64,000 nucleotides of DNA from Desulfobulbaceae bacterium. Its GTDB lineage: Bacteria; Desulfobacterota; Desulfobulbia; Desulfobulbales; Desulfocapsaceae. The stretch lies in contig JADQBJ010000022.1 in assembly GCA_016278675.1 (NCBI GenBank), forward strand, positions 60,570 to 124,569, read 5' to 3'. The stretch's first letter is position 1. Each line of letters begins with the position of its first letter. Below the pieces are notes generated by a model. The model made no database searches. It was given only the letters and a program-made list of their open reading frames with translations, and was not told the origin of the DNA. Positions 45,917-54,563 of the stretch are shown here, piece after piece. The translations under genes and the position numbers were made by a program.

Positions 45917-46146
45917 CCCCTAATCCTCAGCTCAAAGTCGGGACTGCTCTTTTCACGGGTCTCTGCAGCCCGGACGGCTGCAGCGAAGCCCCCATGGACG
46001 GGGTTTATCGCGTCCCTATGAAAAGAGCAGTCCCGGCCTGGGCAGAAAAATGCTGAGTTTCAGGGGGAATCAGAATAAATTATGATAATATCGTAAAAAT
46101 TCATCTAAGGTACCGGGATGGGCTCTGCACAGTTATCGCGACGCCA
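45917..46146. repeat. Mosaic intergenic repeat inserted between fliR and flhB (R4 palindromic module plus R1 core)
   Basis: R4 spans 45917-46065, with a 16-bp outer stem GGGACTGCTCTTTTCA (45940-45955) / TGAAAAGAGCAGTCCC (46019-46034) and an inner hairpin CTGCAGCC-CGGAC-GGCTGCAG (45963-45983). It is the reverse complement of 2823-2963. The R1 core GATAATATCGTAAAAATTCATCTAAGGTACCGGGATGGGCTCTG is at 46084-46127. Confidence 0.85.
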
Positions 46147-46926
46147 TCAATTGAGATATTGCAGCAGGGAGAAGATTCGATCCGGCAGCATGTCAAATTC
46201 CCGACTTAAAAGGATCTTTACCAGTCCTAAAGTCAAACCAATGACGGCGAAAGAAATACCAATGTTGATGGGGAAGGAGAGCAGGAATACATTGAGTTGC
46301 GGAAAGGTGCGGGAGAGAATGCCCAGGATAAGCCCGGACAGCAACAGGATAACGAGGATTGGTGCACTGAATTGAACGCCCAGGATAAACATCCTGGTGG
46401 AAAGCTCGACAAGATAGGGAACGGCTTCGCCGCTGAAGTTGAGATTTCCGGGAGGTAGAATCTCATAGGAATGAACTGCCGTCCGGATGAAGTAATGGTG
46501 TATGTCCAGGGAAAGAAAGATCAGAATTGCAAATACGTTCTGGAATTGCGAGATAAGTGCTGTCTGACGCTGATTCTGAGGGTCGAAAATATTTGCCGCT
46601 GCAAATCCCATCTGATAGCCGATAATAGTGCCGCCGAACTCGACTGATATAAAGATAAAACGAGCGATGAGACCGATCATCATGCCGAGCAAGGTTTCAT
46701 TGATCACCAGAAGGAGAAATGCCGGTGGTCTGAAATCGACATCGACAACATAAGGCTGCAGCAGCGGAAAAAGGACGAGGGAGAGTGCTATGACCAGTCC
46801 TGCTTTCAGCCTCATCGGTGTCTGCGCTCCGAAGTACACCGGTATTGCCGTCAGAAAACCGGCTACTCTGGAAGTGCAGACGGCAAAGTTCTGGAACTGT
46901 TCAACCGGCAGGAGATCGAGATACAC
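46147..46926 (-). CDS. fliR: Flagellar export apparatus protein FliR
   Basis: 259-aa polytopic membrane ORF with a FliR-like pattern, following fliQ. Confidence 0.9.
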   Translation of the reverse strand: MYLDLLPVEQFQNFAVCTSRVAGFLTAIPVYFGAQTPMRLKAGLVIALSLVLFPLLQPYVVDVDFRPPAFLLLVINETLLGMMIGLIARFIFISVEFGGTIIGYQMGFAAANIFDPQNQRQTALISQFQNVFAILIFLSLDIHHYFIRTAVHSYEILPPGNLNFSGEAVPYLVELSTRMFILGVQFSAPILVILLLSGLILGILSRTFPQLNVFLLSFPINIGISFAVIGLTLGLVKILLSREFDMLPDRIFSLLQYLN

Positions 46927-46934
46927 TGGATCCC

Positions 46935-47198
46935 TTAAAACGTGGCAAGGGTCTCAAAGATCCCCAGGGAAAAATTTGTCAGCGTATTAATTATCCAGGG
47001 GCCGAAGAGGAGCAACGTCAGGAACACAGAGACAATTTTGGGGATGAAGGTAAGGGTCTGTTCATTTACCTGGGTTGCCGCCTGGAGAATGGAAACTATC
47101 AGGCCAACGATCAGGCCGGCGATAAGCATTGGTCCGGCGCACATAAAAATCGTCTGGATGGCTTTCATGCATACATTTACAGCGAGATCAGATGTCAT
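46935..47198 (-). CDS. fliQ: Flagellar export apparatus protein FliQ
   Basis: 87 aa; PMLIAGLIVGLIVSILQAATQVNEQTLTFIPKI is the FliQ signature. Confidence 0.93.
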   Translation of the reverse strand: MTSDLAVNVCMKAIQTIFMCAGPMLIAGLIVGLIVSILQAATQVNEQTLTFIPKIVSVFLTLLLFGPWIINTLTNFSLGIFETLATF

Positions 47199-47207
47199 TT
47201 GTTTCTC

Positions 47208-47966
47208 CTAACCGAAGCTCTTCAGCAGTGATCCGGCAACCAGGCCCCAGCCGTCGATAAGAACAAAAAGCAGAAGCTTGAAGGGCATGGAAATAATTAC
47301 CGGCGGAAGCATCATCATTCCCATGGACATCAGCACCGAGGCGACGATCATGTCAATGACCAGGAAAGGGATATAAATCATAAATCCCATCTGAAAGGCT
47401 CTCTTCAACTCGGAAAGCATGAACGCCGGGATCAGGGTCATGGTGGGAATATCCTCCTTGTCTACAGGCTCAGCTTCCAGGGTCAGATCGCTGAGGAGCG
47501 CAAGTTCCGCCTCCATGACGTGGGAAAACATAAAGTCACGCATCGGTTCGAGGGCATTTTCAAGTGCCTCCTGCTGGCTGATCTCTTCGCTGAGATAGGG
47601 CTGCAGGGCATCATTGTTGATCGCGTTCAGGGTCGGCGACATAATAAAGAAGGTCAGGAACAGGGAAAGCCCGATGACAACCTGAGTCGGCGGCATATTG
47701 TTTGTTCCCATTGCCATTCTGACAAAGCCAAGGACAATGACAATACGACTGAAACTGGTCATCATCAGCAGAATAGCAGGTGCAATCGATAAGATGGTGA
47801 GGAGAAAAAGAACCTGCAGAGCGCTTGAAACCTGGGTGGTGCTCTCGGCGTCTTCAACCCCGAAGGTCAAGGTCGGCAGCCCGACTGCCGTAGAGATTGA
47901 CGGCAGCCCAATAACAGCAAGAAGCGCTATCGCCGCAAGAAAAAGAGCTGGTGCTAAAGATTTCAT
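47208..47966 (-). CDS. fliP: Flagellar export apparatus protein FliP
   Basis: SFSRIVIVLGFVRMAMGT...PPTQVVIGLSLFLTFFIMSP and MLPPVIISMPFKLLLFVLIDGW are canonical FliP. Confidence 0.95.
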   Translation of the reverse strand: MKSLAPALFLAAIALLAVIGLPSISTAVGLPTLTFGVEDAESTTQVSSALQVLFLLTILSIAPAILLMMTSFSRIVIVLGFVRMAMGTNNMPPTQVVIGLSLFLTFFIMSPTLNAINNDALQPYLSEEISQQEALENALEPMRDFMFSHVMEAELALLSDLTLEAEPVDKEDIPTMTLIPAFMLSELKRAFQMGFMIYIPFLVIDMIVASVLMSMGMMMLPPVIISMPFKLLLFVLIDGWGLVAGSLLKSFG

Positions 47967-48361
47967 GGATGCTGCCGTTTCTCTTGAGTTGTCTCAAGGA
48001 TAGAGGGAAAGGATGCACCATGCTGCAGGGGAGTAATGGTGGTTATGGCATCACTTCCTGCTCCAACCAGAAACTCCCTGCCGCGAACCTCTATCAGCAG
48101 CAATGATTTTTTGGGTGGAATATGTTTGATTTCGATAACCTTTATAATACCTTTACCCTGCTGCTGGAATGCAGAAACGCGCTTGCGGAGCAAGGTATAC
48201 AGCACGAACATTATTGCTAATACGATCAGCAGTCCCCAGAGCATGCGTAAGCCGGAGCTCACCGCATCGTATTCGGCTGCATGCGCGCAACTGCTGGAGG
48301 CAACGGTTGCGAGAAATGAAAATGAAGGTAGAACAACAGTTCGTGGATACATGATATTCAA
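47963..48361 (-). CDS. fliO: FliO/FliZ-type flagellar biosynthesis protein
   Basis: 132 aa with a single TM (MLWGLLIVLAIMFVLYTLL), then IKVIEIKHIPPKKSLLLIEVRGREFLVGAG. Between fliN and fliP, with overlapping start/stop codons. Confidence 0.8.
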   Translation of the reverse strand: MNIMYPRTVVLPSFSFLATVASSSCAHAAEYDAVSSGLRMLWGLLIVLAIMFVLYTLLRKRVSAFQQQGKGIIKVIEIKHIPPKKSLLLIEVRGREFLVGAGSDAITTITPLQHGASFPSILETTQEKRQHP

Positions 48362-48741
48362 CCCAGTTTTTCAACCCTGTCGCTGGTACTGACCACATCC
48401 GTTAAACGAATACCGAATTTCTCGCCGACGAGAACAGCCTCACCATGAGCGATCAACCTCGAATTAACAAACAGGTCAAGTGGTTCACCGGCCAGCTTTT
48501 CAAGCTCTATTACATAACCTTCCGACATGCTGAGCAGGTCCTTGAGCAGGATCTTGCACCGGCCCACCTCAACAGAAACCTGCAAAGGTACATCGTAGAG
48601 GAAATCCAGCCCGCGTGATGATAGTGAGCCATTGCCCTGGCGCGGCATGTCATCGGGAGAATCGGACTCCTTTTCCAGCAATTCCTTAAGCTCTTCCGGG
48701 TCTGGTCGTGCAGATCTTTTTTCGGACTTAGGTGTCTCCAT
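48358..48741 (-). CDS. fliN: Flagellar motor switch protein FliN
   Basis: C-terminal SpoA domain LDFLYDVPLQVSVEVGRCKILLKDLLSMSEGYVIELEKLAGEPLDLFVNSRLIAHGEAV. Confidence 0.93.
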   Translation of the reverse strand: METPKSEKRSARPDPEELKELLEKESDSPDDMPRQGNGSLSSRGLDFLYDVPLQVSVEVGRCKILLKDLLSMSEGYVIELEKLAGEPLDLFVNSRLIAHGEAVLVGEKFGIRLTDVVSTSDRVEKLG

Positions 48742-48744
48742 AAT

Positions 48745-49737
48745 TTATGCTCCTTGATCCTTGACGCCGGTTATATTTATAGCTTTTTTGCCATTATGTG
48801 TCCCGGGTATCGCGAAAAATTTATGTTTGTTCTCAACCAGAACCTCGAGAGGGGAGTTCAGGTTATAGTCAAGAAATAGAGTATCGCCTTTTTTCATTTT
48901 TAAAACATCACCGACGGACATCGAGATCGTTCCCGACTGAGCAATGAGTTCAGAGTAGATATTATTGGCCTCCTGCTCCAGAACCTTTGTCCATATGCCC
49001 TGTTTGGCTTTGTTGACATTGAGAAGATCCTTGAGACCTTCCCGCAGAGGATCGATGGTGGACAGAGGGAAAACGATTTTCATTTCACCTGTCTGATCGC
49101 CGACGCGAACTTCGAAAGTACCTATGAGTATTTCGGCATCGGCATCGGTTATTGAAACCATCCGGCTGTTGCTTTCAACCTTGATTAAAGATGTTTTGAG
49201 GTTGATTAGGGGAGCAAAGGCCCTGTCCAGATCATCACATCCCTTGAGCATGATGGATTGGATGATGTTCAGTTCTATGGAGGTTAGCTTCCTGTTCGGC
49301 TGTATGAGTTCGATTTCCGTAGATGCTCCCAAAATTATCTCAACCATGGAAAAGCACATGTGAGAGTCGACCAGGAGTAATGCTCCATGTTTTAAGGGAG
49401 AGATGTCGAGGACCGCAATAGCTCCTACATCTTTATTTTCAAGCAGGAAATCAAGAAAATGGGAAGAGTCGATTTGCGATCTGCTGATCGAAAAGGTTCT
49501 CTGCAGATTATTCGTAAGGGTAATCGCCAGATTCTGGCAGAAATTATCAAGAATGATGTCGAAATTCGCCAGCCTGCTTAGTTCATCGCTGAAGGTATTT
49601 GCCTGGAAAAGATTCAGAGGAATACATTCTTTAGTGAAATGCTTGCGCCCATTCTTGTCGAGATCCAGCGATACCTGACCCTGTTTGATAGCTTTCAGGA
49701 GGTCGGCGATTTCTTTTTTACTGAGAATAGCTTCCAA
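48745..49737 (-). CDS. fliM: Flagellar motor switch protein FliM
   Basis: N-terminal LSKKEIADLL (CheY-P-binding-like), a middle domain and a C-terminal SpoA-like domain; 330 aa. Confidence 0.92.
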   Translation of the reverse strand: MEAILSKKEIADLLKAIKQGQVSLDLDKNGRKHFTKECIPLNLFQANTFSDELSRLANFDIILDNFCQNLAITLTNNLQRTFSISRSQIDSSHFLDFLLENKDVGAIAVLDISPLKHGALLLVDSHMCFSMVEIILGASTEIELIQPNRKLTSIELNIIQSIMLKGCDDLDRAFAPLINLKTSLIKVESNSRMVSITDADAEILIGTFEVRVGDQTGEMKIVFPLSTIDPLREGLKDLLNVNKAKQGIWTKVLEQEANNIYSELIAQSGTISMSVGDVLKMKKGDTLFLDYNLNSPLEVLVENKHKFFAIPGTHNGKKAINITGVKDQGA

Positions 49738-49759
49738 AATAGCGTCCAGGGGGTATCTA

Positions 49760-50278
49760 TTATTGAACTACGAAGTCGGTGAAATAAATGGAATTAATCC
49801 TGCCGGAGACCAGGATGGCATTGAGTTTACTGGCCAACTCGGCTTTAAGTTGCTTCTTTCCCTGAAGATCCTGAAGTTCATCGTAGGTTTTATTGCCGAC
49901 GGAGAGAAGAATAGAGTCTCTTACCTGTGGCATACGCTGAACAACTTCCTCTTTGACTATTTCATTTGATAGCTCCAGAGTGAATGATGCCTTGACGTAG
50001 TGGCTGGTTTCAGCGCTGATGATGTTGACAATAAAATCATTGATATCTATCATCGGGCCTATATTGGTGTTTTTCTGCAACTCAGGTACAGGCACCTCAA
50101 GGGCGGAAGTGGATTTTTTTTCTTCCTCGCCCTCGCTTTTGAGGAAGAAAAAAAGGCTCACTCCGGCACCTATAAGAACGATCAAAAGAATGATCGACGC
50201 CAATATGATTATGCGCTTTTTGCTGCCGCCGGATTCCGGTGTTTCCGGTTGTTTTTGTGTCCCTTTTTTTTCAGCCAT
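49760..50278 (-). CDS. fliL: Flagellar basal-body-associated protein FliL
   Basis: 172 aa, single TM, C-terminal FliL pattern (FIVNI...YVKASFTLEL...RDSILL). Between motB and fliM. Confidence 0.85.
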   Translation of the reverse strand: MAEKKGTQKQPETPESGGSKKRIIILASIILLIVLIGAGVSLFFFLKSEGEEEKKSTSALEVPVPELQKNTNIGPMIDINDFIVNIISAETSHYVKASFTLELSNEIVKEEVVQRMPQVRDSILLSVGNKTYDELQDLQGKKQLKAELASKLNAILVSGRINSIYFTDFVVQ

Positions 50279-50320
50279 TGGTGTTTTGTCCCTGTGTGTG
50301 CATTTTCATTTATCTGACTC

Positions 50321-51112
50321 CTAGAATGGAATCCGAGTCTCCAAATTTCTAGACTCTTCCGCATCCATACCTGTTTTGGCGCGGAGGACAAAGTCCACCC
50401 TCCTGTTTTGCCTTCGACCTTCAGGAGTATTGCTAATGGAGATCGGCTTGTCGGGTCCATAGCCTATGGCGCTCATTCTGTCCAGGGGAAGCAGGTCTCC
50501 CTTTTTCAGAAACCGCATAACCGAAACAGCTCTGGCCATCGAAATATCCCATTCTCCCAGTTCAGCTCCACTCTCCGAGAGGGAATCCGTATGCCCCTCA
50601 ATTCGCAGCCGTAAAGGCAACGGGCGTATTATGTCGGCGATATAACGCAACAGCTGATATGACTGTGGAGATATCTTCGTTTCACCGGGATCAAAGAGGA
50701 TGGTATCCTTGACCCGGAGAATTATGGTTTCGCCGTCTTTGTTGATGATATCTATTTCCTGAGAAAGATTATCTGCATCGATCCTGGTTTTGATGCGTCT
50801 ATAGATTTTGACGGTCATTTCATTTTGCATAGGCGAAAATTTAGTAACCGGAGGAGACGGGAGCACCGGTATTTCAAATTCTACCTGAGCCGGGTTGGCA
50901 TGCATTCCGAAGGCATCCTTAAGAGAACTTGATGCTTGAGTAAAGCGGACCGGATCAAGACTTGCCATGGAGAGGAGAAGAACAAAAAAGGTTAGCAGTA
51001 AGGTCACCAGATCCGAATAGGTCACCATCCACATTGGTGCACCGGGACTCGGTGAGGACCGCTTCTGTTTTCGTTGCTCTTCTTGTTTTTGCTGTTCTTC
51101 AGACATGGTCAA
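50321..51112 (-). CDS. motB: Flagellar stator protein MotB (OmpA-like)
   Basis: N-terminal APMWMVTYSDLVTLLLTFFVLL with the conserved Asp, and a C-terminal OmpA-like IEGHTD...RRQNRRVDF. Confidence 0.92.
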   Translation of the reverse strand: MTMSEEQQKQEEQRKQKRSSPSPGAPMWMVTYSDLVTLLLTFFVLLLSMASLDPVRFTQASSSLKDAFGMHANPAQVEFEIPVLPSPPVTKFSPMQNEMTVKIYRRIKTRIDADNLSQEIDIINKDGETIILRVKDTILFDPGETKISPQSYQLLRYIADIIRPLPLRLRIEGHTDSLSESGAELGEWDISMARAVSVMRFLKKGDLLPLDRMSAIGYGPDKPISISNTPEGRRQNRRVDFVLRAKTGMDAEESRNLETRIPF

Positions 51113-51115
51113 ACC

Positions 51116-51883
51116 CTACTTTTTGAAAGTGGATTCCCGCAGTTTAGGTGCGATGAAGGCATGCAGTTTCTGTTCCATAATGCGAGGATTCTCGCCAGAA
51201 AGAATCGACTGCATTCCCTCAATTATCAAGGTCTTGGTGAGCAGTTCTGCTTCGGAGCGCATTTTGAGTTTGCCGGCCATGGGCAGACAGATGACGTTGG
51301 CAATGACAGCGCCGTAAAAGGTGGTCAGCAGGGCAACGGCCATTGCCGGCCCGATGGAGGACGGATCATCCATGGTCTGCAGCATCTGCACCAGTCCTAT
51401 AAGCGTTCCCACCATCCCCATGGCCGGTGCGTAGGTGCCGATGGAGAGAAAAATATTGGCGCCTTTTTCATGTCTCTGCTGGATGTATTCGATCTCCGTA
51501 TTGAGCATGTTTCTCAAGGTTTCAGGCTCCTGGCCATCTACTGCCATCTGCATGGCCTTGATCAGAAACTCGTCGTTGATATTCTCCATGGCTCCCTGAA
51601 GAGCAAGAATACCTTCCTTACGTGCTTTATTGGCAAACTCCATAAGTTGAACGATAAGATTATTTATCGACTGCTCTTTATAGAGGATGGTTTTCTTGGC
51701 TACATTGAAGGCGTCAAAAACATCACTGAATGGGTAATTGACCAGGGTATTTCCGGCTGTGCCTCCAAAAACAATCATCAGGGAAGGAACATTGACAAAG
51801 ATCGAAAGCGGTCCTCCCTGGAGGATAGCCATCAGCATGAGGCCAAAAGCGGCGCCAATTCCTAATATGGTTGAGAGATCCAA
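51116..51883 (-). CDS. motA: Flagellar stator protein MotA
   Basis: 255 aa, MotA/TolQ/ExbB-family pattern (GTLIGLVQML, LTTFYGAVIANVICLP). TTG start with the SD GGAGGA 8 nt upstream. Confidence 0.92.
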   Translation of the reverse strand: MDLSTILGIGAAFGLMLMAILQGGPLSIFVNVPSLMIVFGGTAGNTLVNYPFSDVFDAFNVAKKTILYKEQSINNLIVQLMEFANKARKEGILALQGAMENINDEFLIKAMQMAVDGQEPETLRNMLNTEIEYIQQRHEKGANIFLSIGTYAPAMGMVGTLIGLVQMLQTMDDPSSIGPAMAVALLTTFYGAVIANVICLPMAGKLKMRSEAELLTKTLIIEGMQSILSGENPRIMEQKLHAFIAPKLRESTFKK

Positions 51884-51991
51884 AAATCAATCCTCCGAAA
51901 TGCATGTTTCTGTAATACTACTTTGCTATCAAGTAGATGCTGTTGGTGTTCTTTCCTGATATATTTCAGTCGTTCTGGATAAGCAGGGCTG

Positions 51992-52007
51992 TGCAATAAG
52001 CATTCCA
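51992..52007 (-). promoter_or_regulatory. Sigma-54-type promoter candidate upstream of motA: TGGAAT-N5-TTGCA
   Basis: The minus strand reads TGGAAT GCTTA TTGCA, with correct GG/GC spacing, about 110 nt upstream of the motA start. Confidence 0.4.
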
Positions 52008-52261
52008 GTAGAAGACCCTGACAGAGCTGGATGAAATTGACGGGAAAGATCATCCTCCACGAAAAAAGGAAACAAGAGAGTGAGAAGATATAAATATAGA
52101 CAGAATAATTTCATCGAAATCAGTGAGATAGGAAAGATTAGGGCATTTTTGAGTTGTTCATAAAATATTGTACTTGGTTATTTATGAAAGAAGAGATTTT
52201 CGTACCATAGCTGAAAAACTGGACACAAGGTAATAAAACAACAATAAAACAATATGGTTGG

Positions 52262-52313
52262 TAAAATATAAAAGGGAACCTCGATAAATTTGACTTTTAC
52301 CTCAGTTCCCTTT
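52262..52313 (-). terminator. Rho-independent terminator candidate after flgE
   Basis: Minus strand AAAGGGAAC (52313-52305), 25-nt loop, GTTCCCTTT (52279-52271), followed by TATATTTTAC. The loop is long. Confidence 0.45.
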
Positions 52314-52336
52314 CTGTAGTGTCAAAAATGTGACTT

Positions 52337-53611
52337 TTAGCGTTTCAGATTAATCAGTTCTCCAAGAAGTTCATCGACCGTGGTTATGATCTTTGAATTG
52401 GCCTGGAAACCTCTTTGAACTGTGATCATACGGACGAATTCCGCTCCCATATCCACATTCGATTGTTCCAGTGAGTTGGTGAATACCTTGCCGAGTTCAG
52501 GGCCGGGTAATCCTACCCGGGCAACCCCTGATGCATCGCTGGCCGTAAAAAGGTTATTCCCGACCAGTTCCAGTCCGTTGGGGTTGTTGAACTTTCCGAG
52601 AACCAGATTGGCCACTGCAATTTGTTCACCGTTGGAGTAGGAAGCGATAACCGCACCTTTCCCATCTATGTCCACGCTGGTCAGATTTCCTGCAGCAAAT
52701 CCATTCTGTTCCTGCGATATGACCGTAGATGCACTGTTAAACTGGGTTGTGTCAAAAGTAATATCGACCGCCTGGCCGGCATCGGAACCATTACCCCAGT
52801 CGATGGGGCCGATATTATTTGGACCACCTCCCGCCAGCATTGTGCCGTCATTGTCGAATGTGATGATACCCGCCGGAGGTTCGGCACCGCCAGCGGTAAG
52901 ATCCGAACCCATTGGATTGCCATCGACATCCTCCGCTGACCAGTTCCAGTTCCAGGTGTTGTCCACCGCATCTTTGGTAAAATACGTTGTAACAAGATGC
53001 GGTTCGCCTAAAGAGTCAAATATTTGGGTAGATGATGAATAGTTGAAGGTATCCGCATTGGTATAGTCAAAATCACCCGCCGGTGCTATCGCAGCAGCAT
53101 CGAGATTGGTATTAAGCGTCATCTCGGTAGTCATATTTCCGGCAATAAGTCCGGTATTGCCGATGCGAATATCCTCCGGATCTCCTGCTACCAGATTACC
53201 GTCAACATCAAATCTTTTTCCCTGGACCCTGAAGCCTTCAGGGTTGACGAGAAATCCATTTTCATCAAAGCGGAAAGCACCGGCCCGTGTATAGTAGTTG
53301 GTGTCGTTGCCCACCTCGCTGACCAGAAAAAAACCGTCCCCTTCAATAGCTACATCGAGTCCGGATTCGGTCGACTCGAAAGTTCCCTGGCTGAAGATAT
53401 TGTCCACCTTGGAAACATTGACGCCTCGTCCGACCTGGGATGTTCCGCCGGAGCCATTGATGGTGCTGGACAGCAGATCTGAAAAGATTGTCCTGGCTCC
53501 TTTGAAGCCCAGCGTGTTGGTATTTGCCAGGTTGTTGCCTATCACCGTCATTGCCTGAGAATTGGTATTGAGTCCGCTGACACCACTGTACAGTGCACTT
53601 GAAATACCCAT
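52337..53611 (-). CDS. flgE: Flagellar hook protein FlgE
   Basis: MGISSALYSGVSGLNTNSQAMTVIGNNLANTNTLGFK and C-terminus VDMGAEFVRMITVQRGFQANSKIITT. Confidence 0.95.
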   Translation of the reverse strand: MGISSALYSGVSGLNTNSQAMTVIGNNLANTNTLGFKGARTIFSDLLSSTINGSGGTSQVGRGVNVSKVDNIFSQGTFESTESGLDVAIEGDGFFLVSEVGNDTNYYTRAGAFRFDENGFLVNPEGFRVQGKRFDVDGNLVAGDPEDIRIGNTGLIAGNMTTEMTLNTNLDAAAIAPAGDFDYTNADTFNYSSSTQIFDSLGEPHLVTTYFTKDAVDNTWNWNWSAEDVDGNPMGSDLTAGGAEPPAGIITFDNDGTMLAGGGPNNIGPIDWGNGSDAGQAVDITFDTTQFNSASTVISQEQNGFAAGNLTSVDIDGKGAVIASYSNGEQIAVANLVLGKFNNPNGLELVGNNLFTASDASGVARVGLPGPELGKVFTNSLEQSNVDMGAEFVRMITVQRGFQANSKIITTVDELLGELINLKR

Positions 53612-53732
53612 AATTTACTCCTCCATGTTGAGCGTCACTGTTTTCAAAAAAACAATTTTCTCTTTCCGTTAAAGGTTTTTAGCTGAATTGAACCGGTTCT
53701 CTTCCGTGATCTCAGGTAAGTCAGCGATATGT

Positions 53733-53762
53733 TGTATTTTTATTTGATGTATTTTTATTTGA
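53733..53762. repeat. Tandem 15-bp duplication in the flgD-flgE spacer
   Basis: TGTATTTTTATTTGA occurs twice head-to-tail within a 226-bp AT-rich non-coding spacer. Confidence 0.85.
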
Positions 53763-53837
53763 AAACTGCATTGATCATGTATTTAACGGCAGGAGTCTTT
53801 CCCTGCCTCATTTCTATGGGCTTTCAGCTGGATAGCC

Positions 53838-54554
53838 TTATCCTTCGCTTTCATCGCCGCCCTCGTTATCGGTGGTATTGCCTTTGTCGTAGACCCCGAG
53901 AATTGATGCAAAAGAAACCTCACCCGCCATGGTCAGCAATTTGCCGCCATACTCACCGGTAAGATCAACACCGGTTACTTCGGCTTTGATCAATGGGGCT
54001 GCAGCCACACTTTCTCCCTCTGTCGCTTTCACTGAAACAGCAAAGGTATATGATCCCTTCTCGGCTTGAGTGCCGGAGTCGGTCATGCCGTCCCAGGTAA
54101 GAAAATGATTTCCATTTGTCAGCTCAGTACCATCAATAACGGCAACCGTGGCACCATTCTTTTGAATGGTTATTTCTGCCTGCGTTACTTCACCGTCAAG
54201 CTGATAGCCCAGTTCAATTTCTCCGTTTCCATCATATTCAAACTTGCTGTCATGATAGACCACGTTTTTGCCGATGGTTTGCAGTGTTGCAAAACGGTCT
54301 GCATTGGCATTGGATGTAACCAGATTTTCCATAGACTCGTTGAGTGTGAAAAGCTGCTCGAGCGAGCTGAATTGTGCAAGTTGAGAGGTAAACTCCGTCG
54401 GATCATCGGGGTTGAGGGGATCTTGGTTCTGCAACTGAGCTACAAGCAAAGTAAGGAAATCCTCTTTGCCCATGATATCGGTTGATTTTTTGGTACCTTC
54501 GGCGGCGATTTGAGTTGTTGCCGGAGTAGGAAACAGATTATTGATGTAACTCAT
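53838..54554 (-). CDS. flgD: Hook assembly (capping) protein FlgD
   Basis: MGKEDFLTLLVAQLQNQDPLNPDDPTEFTSQLAQFSSLEQ is the FlgD signature, followed by a FLgD-Ig/tudor-like C-terminus. Confidence 0.93.
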   Translation of the reverse strand: MSYINNLFPTPATTQIAAEGTKKSTDIMGKEDFLTLLVAQLQNQDPLNPDDPTEFTSQLAQFSSLEQLFTLNESMENLVTSNANADRFATLQTIGKNVVYHDSKFEYDGNGEIELGYQLDGEVTQAEITIQKNGATVAVIDGTELTNGNHFLTWDGMTDSGTQAEKGSYTFAVSVKATEGESVAAAPLIKAEVTGVDLTGEYGGKLLTMAGEVSFASILGVYDKGNTTDNEGGDESEG

Positions 54555-54563
54555 GCGGAGCTC

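Noticed and set aside
51862-52114. Small minus-strand ORFs (63 and 61 aa) between flgE and motA, checked as possible flbD.
   Set aside because: The sequences (MIFPVNFIQLCQG..., MKLFCLYLYLL...) do not resemble FlbD (expected N-terminus MI.LTRLNG...). They lack an SD and overlap the proposed promoter region.
53612-53837. Weak -24/-12-like match (GGGAAA-GACTC-CTGCC) and an 18-codon ORF in the flgD-flgE spacer.
   Set aside because: Only the GG and GC dinucleotides match the sigma-54 consensus. The mini-ORF has no SD. Not reportable as features.
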